IMG/VR virus record: IMGVR_UViG_3300027820_000029
Span: 1 to 64,000 of that record
DNA length: 64,000 nt
Direction: 5' to 3' (one strand)
DNA from: a virus
Taxonomy: Duplodnaviria > Caudoviricetes
Below the pieces are notes generated by a model. It was not told where the DNA came from and did not search any database. It was given only the letters and a program-made list of their open reading frames with translations. Positions within the stretch are counted from its first letter, which is position 1; every line of letters begins with the position of its first letter. Below are positions 63,401 through 64,000 of this stretch, piece by piece. The translations under genes were made by a program, and so were the position numbers.

Positions 63401-64000
63401 TTTGGTCTATTAGGGAAAGAATTAGATTTATTACAATTAGATTTTGATTTTGCAGATGCATTAACAGAAGCCGAAGAAACAGGTACTGATATAGCATTAG
63501 TAGAAACCTATTATGGATTAGAAAGACTACAGATTATAAAAGATTATAATGATCAAATATTAGCAGAATTTGAATCAGTATTTAGTGCAATTTCTGATAG
63601 TGTTTTATCTGTATCTAGAGATATATCTACTTGGGATGAGTTAGCATATCAAAGTGCAAAAATAGAAAAGATATTAAGTAAATTAATACCAACACTTAAA
63701 ACTCCTATAAATGTACAAAGTTTATTACAAGCATATGATTTTGATGCAATATTTGAAGAGATATTTGCTTTTGAAGATATAATTACTCCAGAAAATATAA
63801 GTGAACAAATAACTTTAGTTGAAGATTTAAGAACTGCTGTAATTGCTAGATATGAAGCAGAAAAAGAAGCTATTAATGAAATTGAAGAATTAATAGAAAA
63901 TTTAGAAGATTTTATTGGGGATATAAGTGATTTTATTGATAGTCTATTTGTACAAGAAATATCTCCAACAACAAGTTATGAAAAATTAATAGAGTCTGAA
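57482..64000 (+). CDS. tail tape measure protein (T5 pb2-like N-terminus), incomplete, at least 2173 aa
   Basis: ATG 57482; SFSKMSQGMQSGLVPAYATVAANVFAL.AAF..L.RAA; helical A/E/L-rich; frame open where spot-checked up to the window end. Confidence 0.9.
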   Translation, partial: MTTVSEQEYLLKVVTKGLGEAVAEIKTLNKNMEKSAKATGKASESYETLGGTTDKYGRAIKGVGHLTNNATKSFSKMSQGMQSGLVPAYATVAANVFALTAAFGALSRAADLQILIESAEILATQTGRSLVGLANNMKAITDGALSMKDALTSASIAASAGFDNTTIKELTQVARNASVALGRDLTDSMNRVFKGAIKAEPELLDELGIILRLEPATNKYAASLGKAASELTTFEKQQAVVNAVLEQGQDKFATFGDVDTNPYTKLAAAFQDIANSLITLIATPIAGFLEFFTENTTALTAAIIIFANSVLKTAIPALTSLERNITDVIDKGFAKLSISTAVKKMKEELDGTLRRPEFDKGILTSIVEDEVKNLGEIGSEAGKALGAGLTSILDDPSISDKEKFSKIYLNADSAITSLKNNTEALGQVSKEELGAIVTTAEAAKEALRKMGVPVSVFRERIADLGTIIKKNIPFAATLANSFSNFVKLTKAGISSGFAAGLSEGFSGITKAVILANLKFEEYARLGNEVGKTNQFINITLIRLSGVFGTVLKGINTLIPIIGQLTIAWSLLSSGYLFFLNLFRDEEKFDNITKAFEDQEKALKTAEKAIKKYNIELKPLLDTTDNVTKKLELQKNVLLELTNTMEDSIDNVNVEDFGFFGADLDDFTDNIVKMSDALSDLGATDEVNVILREFNNLTNLSAKEAIKAGRDFANLSKEMYNLADATNEANEGLKKAFDELHKGFENIQGSLPTLTGIEQTFVSLSEILSRQVFTDAITFGSNLETLRAYEIELLGIGEAQKSLLAISGALEHVEGVRQSQIEENTKKIAKEAKEISSITNMWKQGAEALKALMDPDITYEHRSIKVIENETTEATKAIDDLGNSIERLRREAKKDIEIITNAIRELVEELNLLINAQLEYSRQVQQLDFEKSLPGVSFAESLKLSSKIMDINIAKLKILKTQADLVNTANKKTIESTEEAINKVQNPITDHLDYAEFAKLEKDAETAQQTKNKALIKELQLKSQLGDLELEINKVRINEFKMLKGYIIELAALVSKGIWIPPGAQEATAKLKELYSQITGYSAEILENNFKSFLYYNEALSRVNATALGLYNQTEEIKRRTEALKEESKVLKTNLTISDDLIESAVNLEIARTEAQSDALKGALYANRIPGDVSSGLAIGADSDERKKLGAILKELAVKEVELEKQKTALVNKQLEQENIKIKLQQDSIRSTLREGLFISKAKEIQIKQEEELLALSKRTKEYNTAGYKEQEKLIKERAKLAYKTDLNADLGAATESAREFSDVMETLADRLENLGSSTDKFRAGLVAIAEISVLSDSETAIGLSQLAILTEEFGSQTEEVRKSFEAMALFAAGAAGALANAFEEGSTAAETFQVIQTGLALVSAVRAVMEQGTGGDPYTAFARMAAMAAAAAALLSQINVSFSGGGGGFTAAEPATFQDQFGAQGAQGIDLQTNSLRDSIDALVDIDTDLFGVNRDLKISIVNLNRTFDALGAAVFNQSGDFSAGNILDQFGIQFGTELKGGSFGGLFGSSTKTNELLAAGIQFGATIGLVGDTLGGSIIDADAYITQQITKTKSSFFGGSKTKVRIETSVSELEPRVGKALQDALDITLDTLLGLFESLGSDIPKLLSGFAGLDIDVTKLDLSGKSAKDQSDTIAAFFSNLTNELIDDLVPGLEAFTKAGEELTDTLIRISTETQELNTSFSTIGLKISDFGLFDNIEEDYNTFITNIPAGVATINQDIQDQIDAIEATKFVPPVLDTTDSGYLIDNKRIFEATLKTKSEFEKNKREAIAALEEDLYSITSAVVPTIEAFKVLTLAAWNEAFLSGFENVDEMSDISERFYTALFSEQELADIAVTNAEDVVGKGIAELAGVLYKQGFGEFANLLSEDMSTEDLRDIFDVLTEIGAFASVEGAALLGIFVRAGVAVGDLEIAIEEAVEEVNNLNQQYERQIALFGLLGKELDLLQLDFDFADALTEAEETGTDIALVETYYGLERLQIIKDYNDQILAEFESVFSAISDSVLSVSRDISTWDELAYQSAKIEKILSKLIPTLKTPINVQSLLQAYDFDAIFEEIFAFEDIITPENISEQITLVEDLRTAVIARYEAEKEAINEIEELIENLEDFIGDISDFIDSLFVQEISPTTSYEKLIESE

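Noticed and set aside
1-64000. Integrase, repressor, anti-phage defence operon, rRNA, endolysin
   Set aside because: No supporting motifs seen in this window.

Overview
Fragment of a large, AT-rich, lytic T5-like (Demerecviridae-type) siphovirus genome. Left arm (1-17.7 kb, minus strand): early genes driven by many consensus sigma70 promoters, a tRNA cluster (several tRNAs atypical), many small hypotheticals and five Myb-like-HTH-led homing-endonuclease-type genes. Middle (about 18.1-26.1 kb): a GC-richer, repeat-dense, pre-early/first-step-transfer-like region. It holds A2-like DNA-binding proteins, a DEDD exonuclease, a HAD phosphatase, a SprT protease, a ribosomal bL12-like protein, at least 17 copies of a GYCAA-N4-TTGRC palindrome, sigma54-type boxes and antisense promoter modules. 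Right arm (26.2-64 kb, plus strand): TerS, a very large head-spike/fibre cluster (GTA-type spike base, beta-helix proteins, SGTYTLTG-repeat proteins) that interrupts the packaging genes, TerL, T5-type nicking HNH, portal, protease-major capsid fusion, head/tail completion, terminator, major tail protein, chaperones with a probable -1 frameshift, and a tape measure of at least 2173 aa running off the window. The most striking undescribed-looking signal is a covarying three-way-junction RNA-like motif (stem-GAAAAGG-loop-CCCTG-hairpin-CTA-stem). It occurs six times, always directly upstream of a free-standing endonuclease gene (three different nuclease architectures) or a deleted remnant of one. 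Family assignments rest on motif recognition and recalled similarity; no database search was run.
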